This document shows positions 37,162-48,635 of a DNA stretch of 64,000 bases, piece by piece. The notes below the pieces were generated by a model, which saw only the letters and a program-made list of their open reading frames with translations, was not told the DNA's origin and searched no databases. This DNA comes from Pachysolen tannophilus NRRL Y-2460. Lineage: Eukaryota. The stretch's first letter is position 1. Each line of letters opens with the position of its first letter. Location: assembly GCA_001661245.1 (NCBI GenBank), contig KV454018.1, positions 121,944-185,943 on the forward strand, given 5' to 3'. A program made the translations under genes and the position numbers.

Positions 37162-38232
37162 GATAAAATCAATTGATATATATTCCTTAAAACTCGATAA
37201 AATAAAAACTTTTAAATTTCAATTTCTAACATATCCTTCCTTTTATACATATATTATATATATATGTATATATATTTGGTATTACCTAATTTGAACGATT
37301 TATATGCATAAACGCCACACTTTTTGGACAACTTTTCATATTTATACTCTAGAAACCTGAATTTTTCCTATTAATTGGTTTCTGGTTTTAACCTGATTTA
37401 AAAAAAAATAGCTATTATATAAAAAGCTTTATTAGTTATCCTTAGATATTATTCATGGAAGTTAAATTGTATTGTCATCAATTTTTAAAGTAGTAGTTAG
37501 AAATAAAGTTTATCCTCCATTCAAATTTCAGCATCCCCTCAAAATAAAAATAAAAATAAAAATGAAAATGAAAATGAAAATGAAAATGAAAATAGACAAA
37601 TAACGGTTCTGAACCTAATCTTTTTGTTCCTTAGAGGTTTTTTTTTTTCGCTCCTTTTCTATTGCTAAACATTTAGCAATTGTTAAGGGTATTTACATGT
37701 TGTATTATTCACTGTAGAATTAATGCAGATAGACAAAACTGTAAAGATTGTGTGCGGCTCAATAATTACTTGAAGTTATTTTCAATTGATAAAAATATAA
37801 ATCTACGACGAGGGAGAAAGAATGGGAATCCATGAGCTGAGCTCAGCTCAAAATAACAGGATGTGGAGTCAAGCTTGTGAATTTTTCCTGGTAAAGGTTT
37901 TCATAAAACCATTAATGAAACTTTATATATGCTGAGAGCTTTGTTGTTTGTTTCTGAATTTACAAATTAAAATTTAGTTACACAAAACAGGAGCAATACC
38001 GAAACTGCACTTTGACATAAACTATAATTTTTGATTTTTTTTTTTTTTTGCTGTTCTTCTGGCAAGAGGAAATATAGCTAATACTATTTTGATTTATTTT
38101 TGTCTTTGAGTTTTCCAAGGAAATTCCTTGAACTTGGAAAAAAAAAATTTCATTAGCTATATATTAATTGCAATAATTTTTTTTTTCTGATCCTTCTCCT
38201 GTTAGCTTTTCATTTTTGAAGTGGTATTGGGT

Positions 38233-39228
38233 ATGGCTCAGGCTACAGAGGATGTTCGGAGAATCATTAAGAAGGAAACACTTTCATTGAGAGATTATCA
38301 TGTATTAGGGGTATTGTTTAATAAGGAAATTGCAGGTGTTGCTGCAGATAATTCAATTATTCAAGTTCCAGAAGAAGCTGAAAAAGTTATTGAAGAAGAT
38401 GAAGATGGTGTTAAAAGATTTTTTTATCCTTCAACTGGAATTTTGGTTGATTATAGTTTACCTCCTGATAAACATATAGATGATAAATTAGCAACTGAAT
38501 TTAGTAAGATTGAAAAAACTGTTTTAAAAAATTTAGATGAAGATATTTTGAAAATTTCTAATGATAAAGAAATTGAAAATAAATTTAAAGCAAAGGGTAA
38601 AGCATTAGAAGTGGCAGAAGATGCTTTAATTACAAAAATCATCACTAGCAAATTTGATGGAGTAAACTATGCTTCAGTATATAATAATATTGGACAAATT
38701 AGACGTATTAAATTATTTTTAATGATTGATCATGCTTCAGATTTCCATGGAAATGAACTTACTTTAAAAGATATAGATTTTGAAGAACAACAAATTTGGT
38801 CATTAATTAAAAAATCCATCAAATTAGCTTTACCCAAGAAAATTGAAATTGCTTGGGGAAATGATAATGATATTATACAAGATCCAGAGTTGTTGTTGGA
38901 TAAAACTATCAATTATAAAATATCTAAAATGCAGGCCACTGTATTATCAGCCGCATATTCCCAATTAGGTTCAATGCTTATTGTTAAAGCTGCGAGACTT
39001 GAAAAAATATATAATCAAGAAAAATCAAAAATTTCTAAAGAAGAAAATGATAAATTTTTAAAAGAAATATCAGATATAGAAAGAATGGCTAGTCAATATT
39101 TGTATATTTCTGGTGCTTTTGGAAATTCAATGGCAGCTGAAAATGCTCAAGGTTTAAATCCATACTCTAAATTATGCGGCAACATGGTTAGAGAATCACT
39201 TCTTAATGACATATTAGGTAAAAGCTGA
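38233..39228 (+). CDS. TPR protein, TTC36-like
   Basis: N-terminal LSLRDYHVLGVLFN, TPR-like YASVYNNIGQ and AYSQLG, and C-terminal NPYSKLCGNMV resembling the TTC36 NPYAxLCN motif. ATG at 38233. Confidence 0.7.
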   Translation: MAQATEDVRRIIKKETLSLRDYHVLGVLFNKEIAGVAADNSIIQVPEEAEKVIEEDEDGVKRFFYPSTGILVDYSLPPDKHIDDKLATEFSKIEKTVLKNLDEDILKISNDKEIENKFKAKGKALEVAEDALITKIITSKFDGVNYASVYNNIGQIRRIKLFLMIDHASDFHGNELTLKDIDFEEQQIWSLIKKSIKLALPKKIEIAWGNDNDIIQDPELLLDKTINYKISKMQATVLSAAYSQLGSMLIVKAARLEKIYNQEKSKISKEENDKFLKEISDIERMASQYLYISGAFGNSMAAENAQGLNPYSKLCGNMVRESLLNDILGKS

Positions 39229-39625
39229 TTTTAACAAATTTTAACAAACGTTAGATAAAATTCCGTTTCATTTCATTTCTTTTTATTTCTCTTTCTCTTT
39301 CTCCATAGATTCTTATACAGAGCTTCTCTCCTATTATAATCAAACTAAATGAATAATACTTCTACTACTACTACTACTACTACTACTACCACTGTTTTAC
39401 TCGACTTTGGTTGATCATCGCACTACCGTTTTTCTTGCACGTACTTTTTTACCCTGCTTCAACAGACGCAGAATACCTAATAGAAAAATCAATTTCATAT
39501 ATAAATATATATATATATAAATATATATGTGTATGTATTTAATTGTATATTATTTAATAATATATAGGTAACAATCATTTGTATTGTTTTATATAATATT
39601 GTGAAGAGATCGTATTGTTTTGATT

Positions 39626-40999
39626 ATGGCAGAAGAGTTTGCTACGAGTGAGGAGATTAGTGCTGTTTTTGAGAAGTTGAGGAAGACTGCTGCCAACCAG
39701 CAATGTTTTGATTGTTCTCATAAAAATCCTACTTGGACTTCAATTCCATTTGGTATATTAATTTGTTTGGATTGTTCTGCTACTCATAGGAACTTGGGGG
39801 TTCATATTTCCTTTGTCAAGTCGTCTGTTTTGGATGATAAATGGAGTTATCGTCAATTAAGATCTTTAAAATGTGGTGGGAATAATAATTTTAAAGATTT
39901 TTTAGTTAAAAATGGAGGTTCATCATATTTATCAAAAGAACCAAATGAAAAATATAATTCTATGATTGCTCAAAATTATAAGAAAAAACTTGAAGAAAAA
40001 GTTTTACTTGATGAAAAAAAACATCCAAATATTTTGGAAGATATTAATTCTAGTAGTACAAGTTTACTGGATTCGGCATCTTCAACTAGTGGTTCAACTG
40101 ATGATTTTTTCAGTACTTGGAAAAAACCTGTTGCTTCTCCAAGCCCATCCCCATTAGCATCAAGACCTTTGACGCCAAATAATTCAAGTAAAACATCCAC
40201 TCCAGCCCCTGCAATTTCTCAAACTGCAACTCAATCAAAACCACGTACCACAATAACATCTTCAAAATTAAGATCAAATGCTACTTCAAATAAGAAAAAT
40301 AGTATTTTGGGATCAGGTTCAGCTAGTAGAAATAGAGCTAGATTAGGTGTTAAAAAAATTGCAGATAATGATATTAATTTTGAAGAATTTGAAAAACAAG
40401 CTAAAGAAGCAGAAGCTGAAGCAAAAGCTTTAGGAGAGTTAAAGAAAACTGATGATTCAATTGATTCAGGTTTTATTAAACCAAAAATTACTGAATCAAG
40501 ACATAGTTCTATTAGTGTGCCTTCTAATTCGATTTCTTCTTCAAAACCAGTGGAAAATGTTACTCAACAATTTACTAGATTGGGATTTGGTATGGTTGCC
40601 AATTCAGCAAATGGTGCCGCTAATAGTGGTGCTTCTACTCCTTCTGCTCCTAAAAAATTTGCTTCAGAACCTTCATATACCGGTGAAGTTGAAAAGAAAT
40701 TTGGTAATCAAAAAGGTATATCTTCAGATCAATATTTTGGTAGAAACGAATATGACCAACTGGCAGTAGAAGAAGCAAAATCAAAATTACGTGAATTCAG
40801 TGGTGCAACAGGTATATCCTCATCTTCATATTTCGGTGAAGAAGACCAGGCAAGAAATGGAAGGGATGAAGATTTAGAAAGAAAAATTACAGAATTTGCT
40901 GAAAAATATATTGGTGAAGATATGACTGTTTTGAAAAATGCATTGGAATCAGGTGCTGAAAAGTTAGGTGGGTTTTTGAGAGACGCTCTAAGAAATTAG
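39626..40999 (+). CDS. GLO3: ArfGAP Glo3
   Basis: ArfGAP zinc finger CFDC..NPTW...[18 protein letters not shown] and Glo3 motifs [10 protein letters not shown] and GISSSSYFG. Confidence 0.95.
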   Translation: MAEEFATSEEISAVFEKLRKTAANQQCFDCSHKNPTWTSIPFGILICLDCSATHRNLGVHISFVKSSVLDDKWSYRQLRSLKCGGNNNFKDFLVKNGGSSYLSKEPNEKYNSMIAQNYKKKLEEKVLLDEKKHPNILEDINSSSTSLLDSASSTSGSTDDFFSTWKKPVASPSPSPLASRPLTPNNSSKTSTPAPAISQTATQSKPRTTITSSKLRSNATSNKKNSILGSGSASRNRARLGVKKIADNDINFEEFEKQAKEAEAEAKALGELKKTDDSIDSGFIKPKITESRHSSISVPSNSISSSKPVENVTQQFTRLGFGMVANSANGAANSGASTPSAPKKFASEPSYTGEVEKKFGNQKGISSDQYFGRNEYDQLAVEEAKSKLREFSGATGISSSSYFGEEDQARNGRDEDLERKITEFAEKYIGEDMTVLKNALESGAEKLGGFLRDALRN

Positions 41000-41509
41000 T
41001 AATCTATTATATATCTTGAATGATGGTTATTGATGTAATTTTTTGAACTTGAAACTGAATTGGTGTACTAAAATGAAAAAGATTTTACCTCTTTATATTT
41101 TTTACTTTTTTTTTTTTTTTTAAATTGTTTAAAATTGTTCTTTCCATTATTAATACTATTATTATTATTATTATTTTTATTATTAAATTCCTGATTATCA
41201 CTCATCAGGAAGATGATATTTTCGCTGTTCGGTCTCAATACTATTCAATACAACATATATATATATAAATAAATCATATAATTATTATCGTCGGCTTCAT
41301 AGTGTGTGTACTATGTATATCTCTCGTCTACCGTTAATTTTAAACAAATTTTCGCGGGTAACTCAAAACAAGCCATAAGATGATATTTTTAAGAAGAAAT
41401 CAGCAGATACATAAAGAAGATGAGTTGATATATAAAATGATAACTAAATAGAGATTAATATATTTAATTAATTTTAGTAATATAATATTGAGTTGTTTAT
41501 TTGTTGTAG

Positions 41510-42925
41510 ATGTCGCTGGTTGTTTCACTTAATCAAGAAAAAGAAAAAGAAGTTGGTGTTATTGGTGCTGGGTTGGTTGGTTGTTTAACGGCTTTAGCAC
41601 TTCAAAAAAAAGGTTATAAAGTTATTTTATTTGAATTAAGACAAGATCCAAGGCTTAAGTCGACGAAGGAAAAAAATCTTCGCTCAATAAATTTAGCAAT
41701 TTCTGATCGTGGTATTAAAGCTTTAAAATATGTGGATGAAAATTTGGCTAAGAAGGTATTAGATAAAGTTATACCTATGCGTGGTAGAATGATTCATGAT
41801 TCAAAGGGAAATCAAGAGAGTCAGTTATATGGATTATATGGTGAATCCATTAAATCCATTGATAGAGGTTATTTGAATCAAGAGTTGTTAAATGAAATTG
41901 ATATTATAAATAAATCTGGTGTTGGGTATCCTATTGAAGTTTTGTTTGGTAAAAAATTGATAAATTTAAGTTTTCTTGGAGAAGAAGAAAATCCAACAGT
42001 TACAATTGTTGATCAATCTTCACATCAAGAACAAATTTTTGAATTTGATTTTATTGTTTCTGCAGATGGTGCCTTTTCAGCAACTCGTCATTATTTACAA
42101 AGATATGTAAGAATGACTTTTAAACAAGAATTTATTGATACATGTTATATTGAATTATCTATTCCTCTGGGACCAGGAAATTCATTTTTAATTGATCCTA
42201 ATCATCTTCATATTTGGCCAAGAGATAAATTTATGCTTATAGCTTTACCAAATCAGAATGGTTCTTTTACATCAACTTTTTTCAGTTCTTGGGAACTTGC
42301 AGAATCATTAAATACTGATACAAAAATATTGAATTTTTTCAAAGAACATTTTGAAGATGGTTTGAAATTAATTGGTGAAGATAATTTAATTTCATCTTTT
42401 AAAAATAATCCAAAAGGTTCCTTAGTACAAATCCATTGTAATCCTTACAACTATAAAGGTAAGGCTATATTAATTGGTGATGCTGCCCATGGTATGGTTC
42501 CATTTTATGGTCAAGGAATGAATTGTGGATTTGAATCTTTGAGAATCTTATTAGAAATGTTGGAAAAAAACAATTTCAACACAGAAAAAGCTTTCAACCA
42601 ATATTCAAAAGAAAGACATCAAGATTTAGAAGTTATCTTGAAATTGGCATTAGATAATTATAATGAAATGTCACATGACGTCACTAGTATCGTTTACTTG
42701 ATGAGAAAGAAAATTGATAGTTTCCTTGGAAGATTATTAAGAGGTAAATGGTTACCATTATATACAATGATATCTTTTAGAGGTGATATTCCGTACTCTG
42801 AAGCAATCTCAATTGAAAAAAGACAACAGAACATCATAAAGAAATTAGAACTGGCAATTTTCGTTGGAACCATATATGCTGCTGTAAAAATTTCAAAATA
42901 TTTTGCAAGCAAATTTGTAAAATAA
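41510..42925 (+). CDS. BNA4: Kynurenine 3-monooxygenase
   Basis: GAGLVG FAD motif, RSINLAISDRG, HLHIWPR, GDAAHGMVPFYGQGMNCGFE and a C-terminal membrane anchor. Confidence 0.96.
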   Translation: MSLVVSLNQEKEKEVGVIGAGLVGCLTALALQKKGYKVILFELRQDPRLKSTKEKNLRSINLAISDRGIKALKYVDENLAKKVLDKVIPMRGRMIHDSKGNQESQLYGLYGESIKSIDRGYLNQELLNEIDIINKSGVGYPIEVLFGKKLINLSFLGEEENPTVTIVDQSSHQEQIFEFDFIVSADGAFSATRHYLQRYVRMTFKQEFIDTCYIELSIPLGPGNSFLIDPNHLHIWPRDKFMLIALPNQNGSFTSTFFSSWELAESLNTDTKILNFFKEHFEDGLKLIGEDNLISSFKNNPKGSLVQIHCNPYNYKGKAILIGDAAHGMVPFYGQGMNCGFESLRILLEMLEKNNFNTEKAFNQYSKERHQDLEVILKLALDNYNEMSHDVTSIVYLMRKKIDSFLGRLLRGKWLPLYTMISFRGDIPYSEAISIEKRQQNIIKKLELAIFVGTIYAAVKISKYFASKFVK

Positions 42926-43337
42926 ATCATTTACGTACGAATATGATATTACCTTGTATATACACAGAACGACTTGAACGAATTCTTTCATTTTTTTTTT
43001 CTTTTCCTCTTTTCTCTTTTCTCTTTGCGAATTACTCATTTATATATTTATCTATCATATTATTGTTTGATGGTCTTTATCTAATCTGAAAAAAATTCCC
43101 TTTAAATACTACTGTTAATTAACTCTTTATAGATACAAGAAGTCTGTCATTATGCGGGTCGATATAGATTTGATCCAAAAGAAGAAAACAACATTTTTAA
43201 TGTGATAAATGATAAATGATGATGCGATGAGCTTGATAATTTATATATAAATGTTAGTAATTAAGTTTTTTTTTTTTTATTTCTACTTTTAATTTTTTTA
43301 ATATTGTCAACTATTTATTTGTTGTATGAGTTTTAAA

Positions 43338-44826
43338 ATGGTTGGAGAAAAAGATTTCAAGCTTGCTCTTGTAAGTAATTAATTAATTAATTATTTTTTT
43401 TTTTTTTTTTATCAAGAATTTAGTTTAAAATTTTGGAATTAACTAACGTTGTAACTATCAGGCGTTATCTATACTCACATTGAGGAATAGTAGACATGGA
43501 ACTGATTATCCAGTTGAAAGTAATTATTACCTTTTTTTTTTGCTTTTTCGAATTTCGTTATGAGCAGTAGTGCTAAGATTCATTTTAGAGTTTATTCAAG
43601 AGTTTATAATTAATATTAAAGAAAACAAACAAGGACCTAAGGTATATAAGATAGATGAACTGCAGTTACAAATTTATAAAGATACGTGTGAGGTGAATGA
43701 GTGTACTCTGAATGACTACTCTAATATAACAAAGGAACATTCTCCTGTAAGCTATTCTGAGCCTCCTTCAGGTACAGTTCGTGAAGGCTCAGTGCGCGAA
43801 GGTTCAATTCGTGAAAATTCAGTTCGTGAACTTGAGAATGATTTGATAAAACCTTTACCAAAAGGTCACAGCTTTGAAAAATATAGAAAAGCATTAGAAG
43901 ATATATTGAATATAGATTATGATAACGATTTTGAAATAACTAATTATAATGTTGCAAAAGATTCCAAATTATCAGCAATAATACCACATTTTACCATTAT
44001 AGAAGTTAAAAAATTGATTTCAATTTTTAAATATTTTATCAAGTATCAGAATAATGTTAAGAATGCTAAAATTTTGAAAATTATTGTTGCAATATTCAAA
44101 AAATTAATGGTTTTAAATAGTCCTTTTTTAAAAGATGCAAAGACAATTCAATTACTTTTAAAAGAATTTCGCTTGATATTTATTGAGATTTTAAAATATG
44201 AATATAATGGATTTGATAAGTTTCAAGAGTTTAAGTTTAAAGTGGTTATCAGTTTTCAAAGCTTTGTTATAAATGAATTCTTATCAACCAATATTGAAAA
44301 TGGACTTCAATTTGCTACTAATTACTTAATCAAGATACTTACAGACTGTGAAACATTCATAAAGATAAGGATAAACAGGTTACTATTGAAACCTGAATGT
44401 GAAATCTTACTGGATTTTAAAGATCATTCTTTTTACGAAAATTATCAAGATGCTCTCAATTCTAAATTTAACTTCAGTTTTTTAGAATCACTGTTAATGA
44501 AAAGTTTAGAAGCTGATATTATTACTTATGATAACTTGTATTACTTGATTTTTTATGAAATGAAATTGTTGAAAATTATAATTGATATGTTTATCGATAA
44601 AAAGATTAAACTCGACAAATCAACTAAAATTAAATTAGTTTCTCATGGTAATAAGAGATCACAAAAAGAAAATGATAAAGTAAATCCAAATGACTCCTCC
44701 ATATATCAAAAAATAAAAAATTATAAAAAAAGGTTATTGTCATTTTTACTCGTATTAAACGATTATGAATTGCTAACTTTGTATCATGAGATAAGTTGGG
44801 ACAAATTTATGGTTGATGATTGGTAA
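43338..44826 (+). CDS. MEI4: Probable meiotic DSB protein Mei4/Rec24; exons 43338-43370, 43462-43519, 43589-44826 (442 aa)
   Basis: Splicing yields MVGEKDFKLALALSILTLRN...PVEKFIQEF, resembling the MEI4 N-terminal KLALALAII motif. Close to ERG28, as MEI4 is in S. cerevisiae. The rest is helical and divergent. Confidence 0.65.
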
Positions 44827-45011
44827 AAATGAAAAGTCTTTTATTCGTTTTAGCTGATCCTTTAAGCTTTTATTAGAGAATTGAATAGGCAAAAAAAAAA
44901 AAATAAATAATATAATAAGAGAAAAAAAAAAAAAAAAAAAAAAACTTTTTTCCTATAAGAAGGAATTGATTGTACTTTTAATTAGACAAACATTTTTTAA
45001 TAGAGCTAATT

Positions 45012-46091
45012 CTATTTAACAATTTTTTTCTTTGTTTTCTTATCCTCGTTATTTTTTAAATCTCCGTTACCCCCATCATAACCAATCTTTCCTTCATGGA
45101 AATCTCTTATTGGCTTGAAGTAATCATGCGCCATTGCCTCCTTAGCAGTTAGTCTTTCTTGGTGATCATATCTTAATAATTTATCAATGAAATCTAAACA
45201 TTCATCAGAGACAAGCTGTTGGTTACCCAGATTTACCAATCTACTCCATGGTCTTTTTACAAAATGCCCCAAATCATCATATTCACTCGACAATGTAAGA
45301 TGATACTTATTCAAGTATCTAAATAATTCATCTGTACCCAATATACGTACAATTTGTACAAATTGATCAGTATTAGATTTCCCATGGAAAAAAGGTTCTC
45401 TTTTGAAAACTATTGCAGCAAGTGTTACACCAAACGACCATATATCCAAAGAATAATCATAATATCTTAAATCAACCAATAATTCTGGTCCTTTATAATA
45501 CCTCGATGCTACTCTTACATTATATTCTGTTCCTGGATGATAAAATTCTGCTAAACCCCAATCAATTAATCTTAATTTTTTCTGTTTATGATCTATCATG
45601 ACATTATGAGGTTTAACATCTCTATGCATTATCCCCATTGAATGACAAAAATCCAAGGCTTTTAACAACTCATACATGTAGAACCTAATATCAAAATCTG
45701 TAAAAGTTGGATATAAAATTCTAAAATCTATATTATCTACCAGCTCAAAGATTAAAGCAGGAGTTTTACTTATTGGATCTCTTACAACATCCAATAAATT
45801 TATAATATTTGGACCCCCAGCCAAATTTTGTAAAATTTTAATCTCTCTTTTAATTTTTTTCCTCTTTATTGGTTTAAGTGCCTTAATTATAACTTTCTCT
45901 CCACTAGTTAATTCACATCCATCAAATACTTCAGAGTATTTACCTTTCCCAACTTTTTTAACTATCTCATATTTTTCCTGTGACCTCCATACAATCGTCA
46001 CATTGTCATAATCCCAATATGACTGCGGTTTCTCTTTCAAAACATTAGCATACACTTTACTAATTGATATTGGCTCCTGAAAATTAGACAT
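45012..46091 (-). CDS. CKA1: Casein kinase II catalytic alpha subunit
   Basis: [39 protein letters not shown]1 rather than CKA2 is assigned from adjacency to CAP2/BCY1 (YIL035C-033C). Confidence 0.9.
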   Translation of the reverse strand: MSNFQEPISISKVYANVLKEKPQSYWDYDNVTIVWRSQEKYEIVKKVGKGKYSEVFDGCELTSGEKVIIKALKPIKRKKIKREIKILQNLAGGPNIINLLDVVRDPISKTPALIFELVDNIDFRILYPTFTDFDIRFYMYELLKALDFCHSMGIMHRDVKPHNVMIDHKQKKLRLIDWGLAEFYHPGTEYNVRVASRYYKGPELLVDLRYYDYSLDIWSFGVTLAAIVFKREPFFHGKSNTDQFVQIVRILGTDELFRYLNKYHLTLSSEYDDLGHFVKRPWSRLVNLGNQQLVSDECLDFIDKLLRYDHQERLTAKEAMAHDYFKPIRDFHEGKIGYDGGNGDLKNNEDKKTKKKIVK

Positions 46092-46397
46092 TATATTTTT
46101 TTTCTTTTCTATTCTTTTCTTTTCTTTTCTTTGTTTAACAAAACATCAATAAAACAATTATTTATTTTCCACTTCCTTTAATTGCCACGTTATCAACATA
46201 AAATCAATCACTATACTTTTCTAATCAATCGATCTCAACTCAAACTCCCAAAATTATCAACCAAACTATTTATCAGCAAGATGGCAATAATCCTCATCAT
46301 TCTTTTAACTATATATTTTATGTCTTAATATATAAAAATGGTCTTTTCTTTCAAAAACGGACGCTCGATACTTCTCTATCTGTTTTCTCAAAAATAG

Positions 46398-46415
46398 ACT
46401 TCCTAATTAGGAAGT
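46398..46415. promoter_or_regulatory. Perfect palindromic Mcm1/SRF (CArG) site
   Basis: ACTTCCTAATTAGGAAGT, about 310 bp upstream of the CK2alpha ATG. Confidence 0.6.
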
Positions 46416-46621
46416 AATGTTGCGAATTTGGTCGTCCGTTTTTCATTTTAGAACTTTCTGTTCCATTTTTACCACCATTTACTACGATGTTAACGATGTT
46501 GACAACATTAACGAATAAGAGGAGAAGAAGCTAAAGAGGTAAGGGGAAGGGGAAGGGAAAACTGGAGGTTTTTTTTATCTGGCTTTTTTTTTTTTTTTTT
46601 TCGATTTACTTTTTGGATTAA

Positions 46622-47543
46622 CTATAAACTGTTCATGCCTTTGATAAGGTCACTATGCTTTGCTTTGTCCACCTCTATATCAGTTGTAGTTTGAGTGGTT
46701 CTCAAATCACCAATGATATCTTTTGTTTTACCGAAATATACTTCTTGTAACATGTTTCTCAATTTATATTCGATATCTTCGACCAATGAACCAATATTTG
46801 CAATATGAGAGGCACTATCTTTGAATTGTAATTCTTTTTCAGTTTGCCTAGTCAAACTACCTGATAAATCAATTTTAGCATCATCAGCATTTGATGTCAA
46901 ATCTAATATGATGGTGGAAGTAATTTTATAAACTGCTGTTTTCTTGTCAATTGTATTAATTTCGAAAACATGAACAGAATCCCAAGCACCACTATTTGTT
47001 TTCGAAGCATCAATACCCTTTTTCAATAATATAACACCTGCAAAGCCTTGATTTTCATCATCTTCTGTATCCCAAAGATAAATTGATGAAATACCACCGT
47101 CATAATATAAATCTCTATAAATATCAAACGAATCATTGGCATGAATTTCCAAAGCACGCAAGTTTTTGGAAGGATAAGGCGCATCCTCATCTGCCAGAGG
47201 CATATATACGTTAGACCATGGTGATCTATAAGAATCACCATCTCTATTGTAATCACATATAAGGAAATTTTTACCAGATTCACTGCACCTCTTAACCTCT
47301 AATGGAGTATCAACCGATGTTAAAATCTCTTCAGCTAAATCTGGTGCTAATCTACATATATTATTCAAATGAGTCTTGATTTTTTTCGGATTCAATCTCC
47401 TCAAAATATCTAGCGATGCATCATAAGCTTCGTCCGACTAAAGATAAAAATAAACAAAATATTTCTTGTTAGTACATCAATCATTTTTATAAACAGGCAA
47501 AAAAAAAAAAAAAAAATAAAAAACACCACCATAAACATACCAT
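46622..47543 (-). CDS. CAP2: F-actin capping protein beta subunit; exons 47543-47541 and 47437-46622
   Basis: ATG|GTATGT...TACTAAC...TAG (103-nt intron) gives MSDEAYDASLDILRRLNP. Also CDYNRDGDSYRSPWSN and EVYFGKTKD. Confidence 0.97.
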
Positions 47544-47796
47544 TGCTTAAAGTTCAATTGACTAGATCTATCTAGAAAATAAGAATGATAATAATTCTAT
47601 CCAATGATAAACAGATGGAATTCAATTTGATAATTTTAATATGATTTTGATAATTATTTTTGTATTTTTACTGGTATTTATAAATTTGGATATTTCACAT
47701 ACTACTTTCCGAATTTATTCATTGATTGAATAAAATCAAGTGATATTGATGGACTAAAATAATATATTTTAATTATTTATTTAATTGATTATTAGA

Positions 47797-48219
47797 ATGT
47801 GTTTGGCTCTTATTCAATCTTATCTTCCAACTACTCCGGGGTTGCTTCCAAAATGGATTTTATTTATATCTGTTGTTTCAATTTTCAATTCGATTCAATC
47901 TTACATTGGAGGTTTATCAATGACTAGAAGAGTTTATGAAAATAGACCACAAGAAGTTACACCATTATCAGCTAGAACTTTTGGTACTTGGACTTTATTT
48001 AGTGCGATCATTAGATGTTATGGGGCTTACCATTTGACAGATGAGAATGTGTTTAACATTACTCTTTACTCTTTTTTAATTGCAATTGCGCATTTTAGTT
48101 TGGAGTGGTTGATTTATGGTACATGTAAATTTGGTAAAGGTTTACTTGGTCCATTGGTTGTATCAACTAGTTCCATTCTGTGGATGACTCTACAAAGAGA
48201 CTATTATACTTCTTTTTAA
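47797..48219 (+). CDS. ERG28: Ergosterol biosynthesis scaffold Erg28
   Basis: GLLPKW, FNSIQSY, VTPLSARTFGTWT, HF.LEWLIY, GPLVVS. ATG at 47797. Confidence 0.95.
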   Translation: MCLALIQSYLPTTPGLLPKWILFISVVSIFNSIQSYIGGLSMTRRVYENRPQEVTPLSARTFGTWTLFSAIIRCYGAYHLTDENVFNITLYSFLIAIAHFSLEWLIYGTCKFGKGLLGPLVVSTSSILWMTLQRDYYTSF

Positions 48220-48635
48220 ATAGAAATTTCTTTTTTTTTTACTTTTAATTTTAATTTTCTTCTTTATGAACTTTACTAAATAAAATATATAAAGGTCCAA
48301 AATACAAAATACAAAAATACAAAAAACAATTGAAAATTGGAAAAAGAACGCATTATTCAGCGTAAAATATCGATTTCATGACATACTTATAAAACATAAA
48401 AAACAAAACAATTAGCCAATCAAAGGTTAATTATCGAAAAATAAAAAATAAAAATTATAAATTCATATTCACAGTCCAGATTAAAAAAGAAACACAAATA
48501 CAAAACAACTAAGACGAATCAAAAAAAAAAAAGGAAAAAAAAAAGAAAAAAGAAAAAAGAAATAAGCCATGAAAGAAGCATCAGAATGAAAACATGAAAA
48601 AGCACTTTTATAACATAAAACAACATACTAGTAGC

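Noticed and set aside
43087..43231. PAC (GCGATGAG) and loose RRPE-like motifs upstream of the MEI4 candidate
   Set aside because: Single short matches within a GAT-rich repeat, with no ribosome-biogenesis gene recognised downstream. Kept as a caveat to the MEI4 call.
45741..45743. CUG=Ser (Candida CTG clade) or standard Leu as the code
   Set aside because: The most informative sites (Cdc27 twice, Glo3) align to Ala. Some sites, such as this one in CK2alpha and the CAP2 site, are uninformative, so a genome-wide count is still needed.
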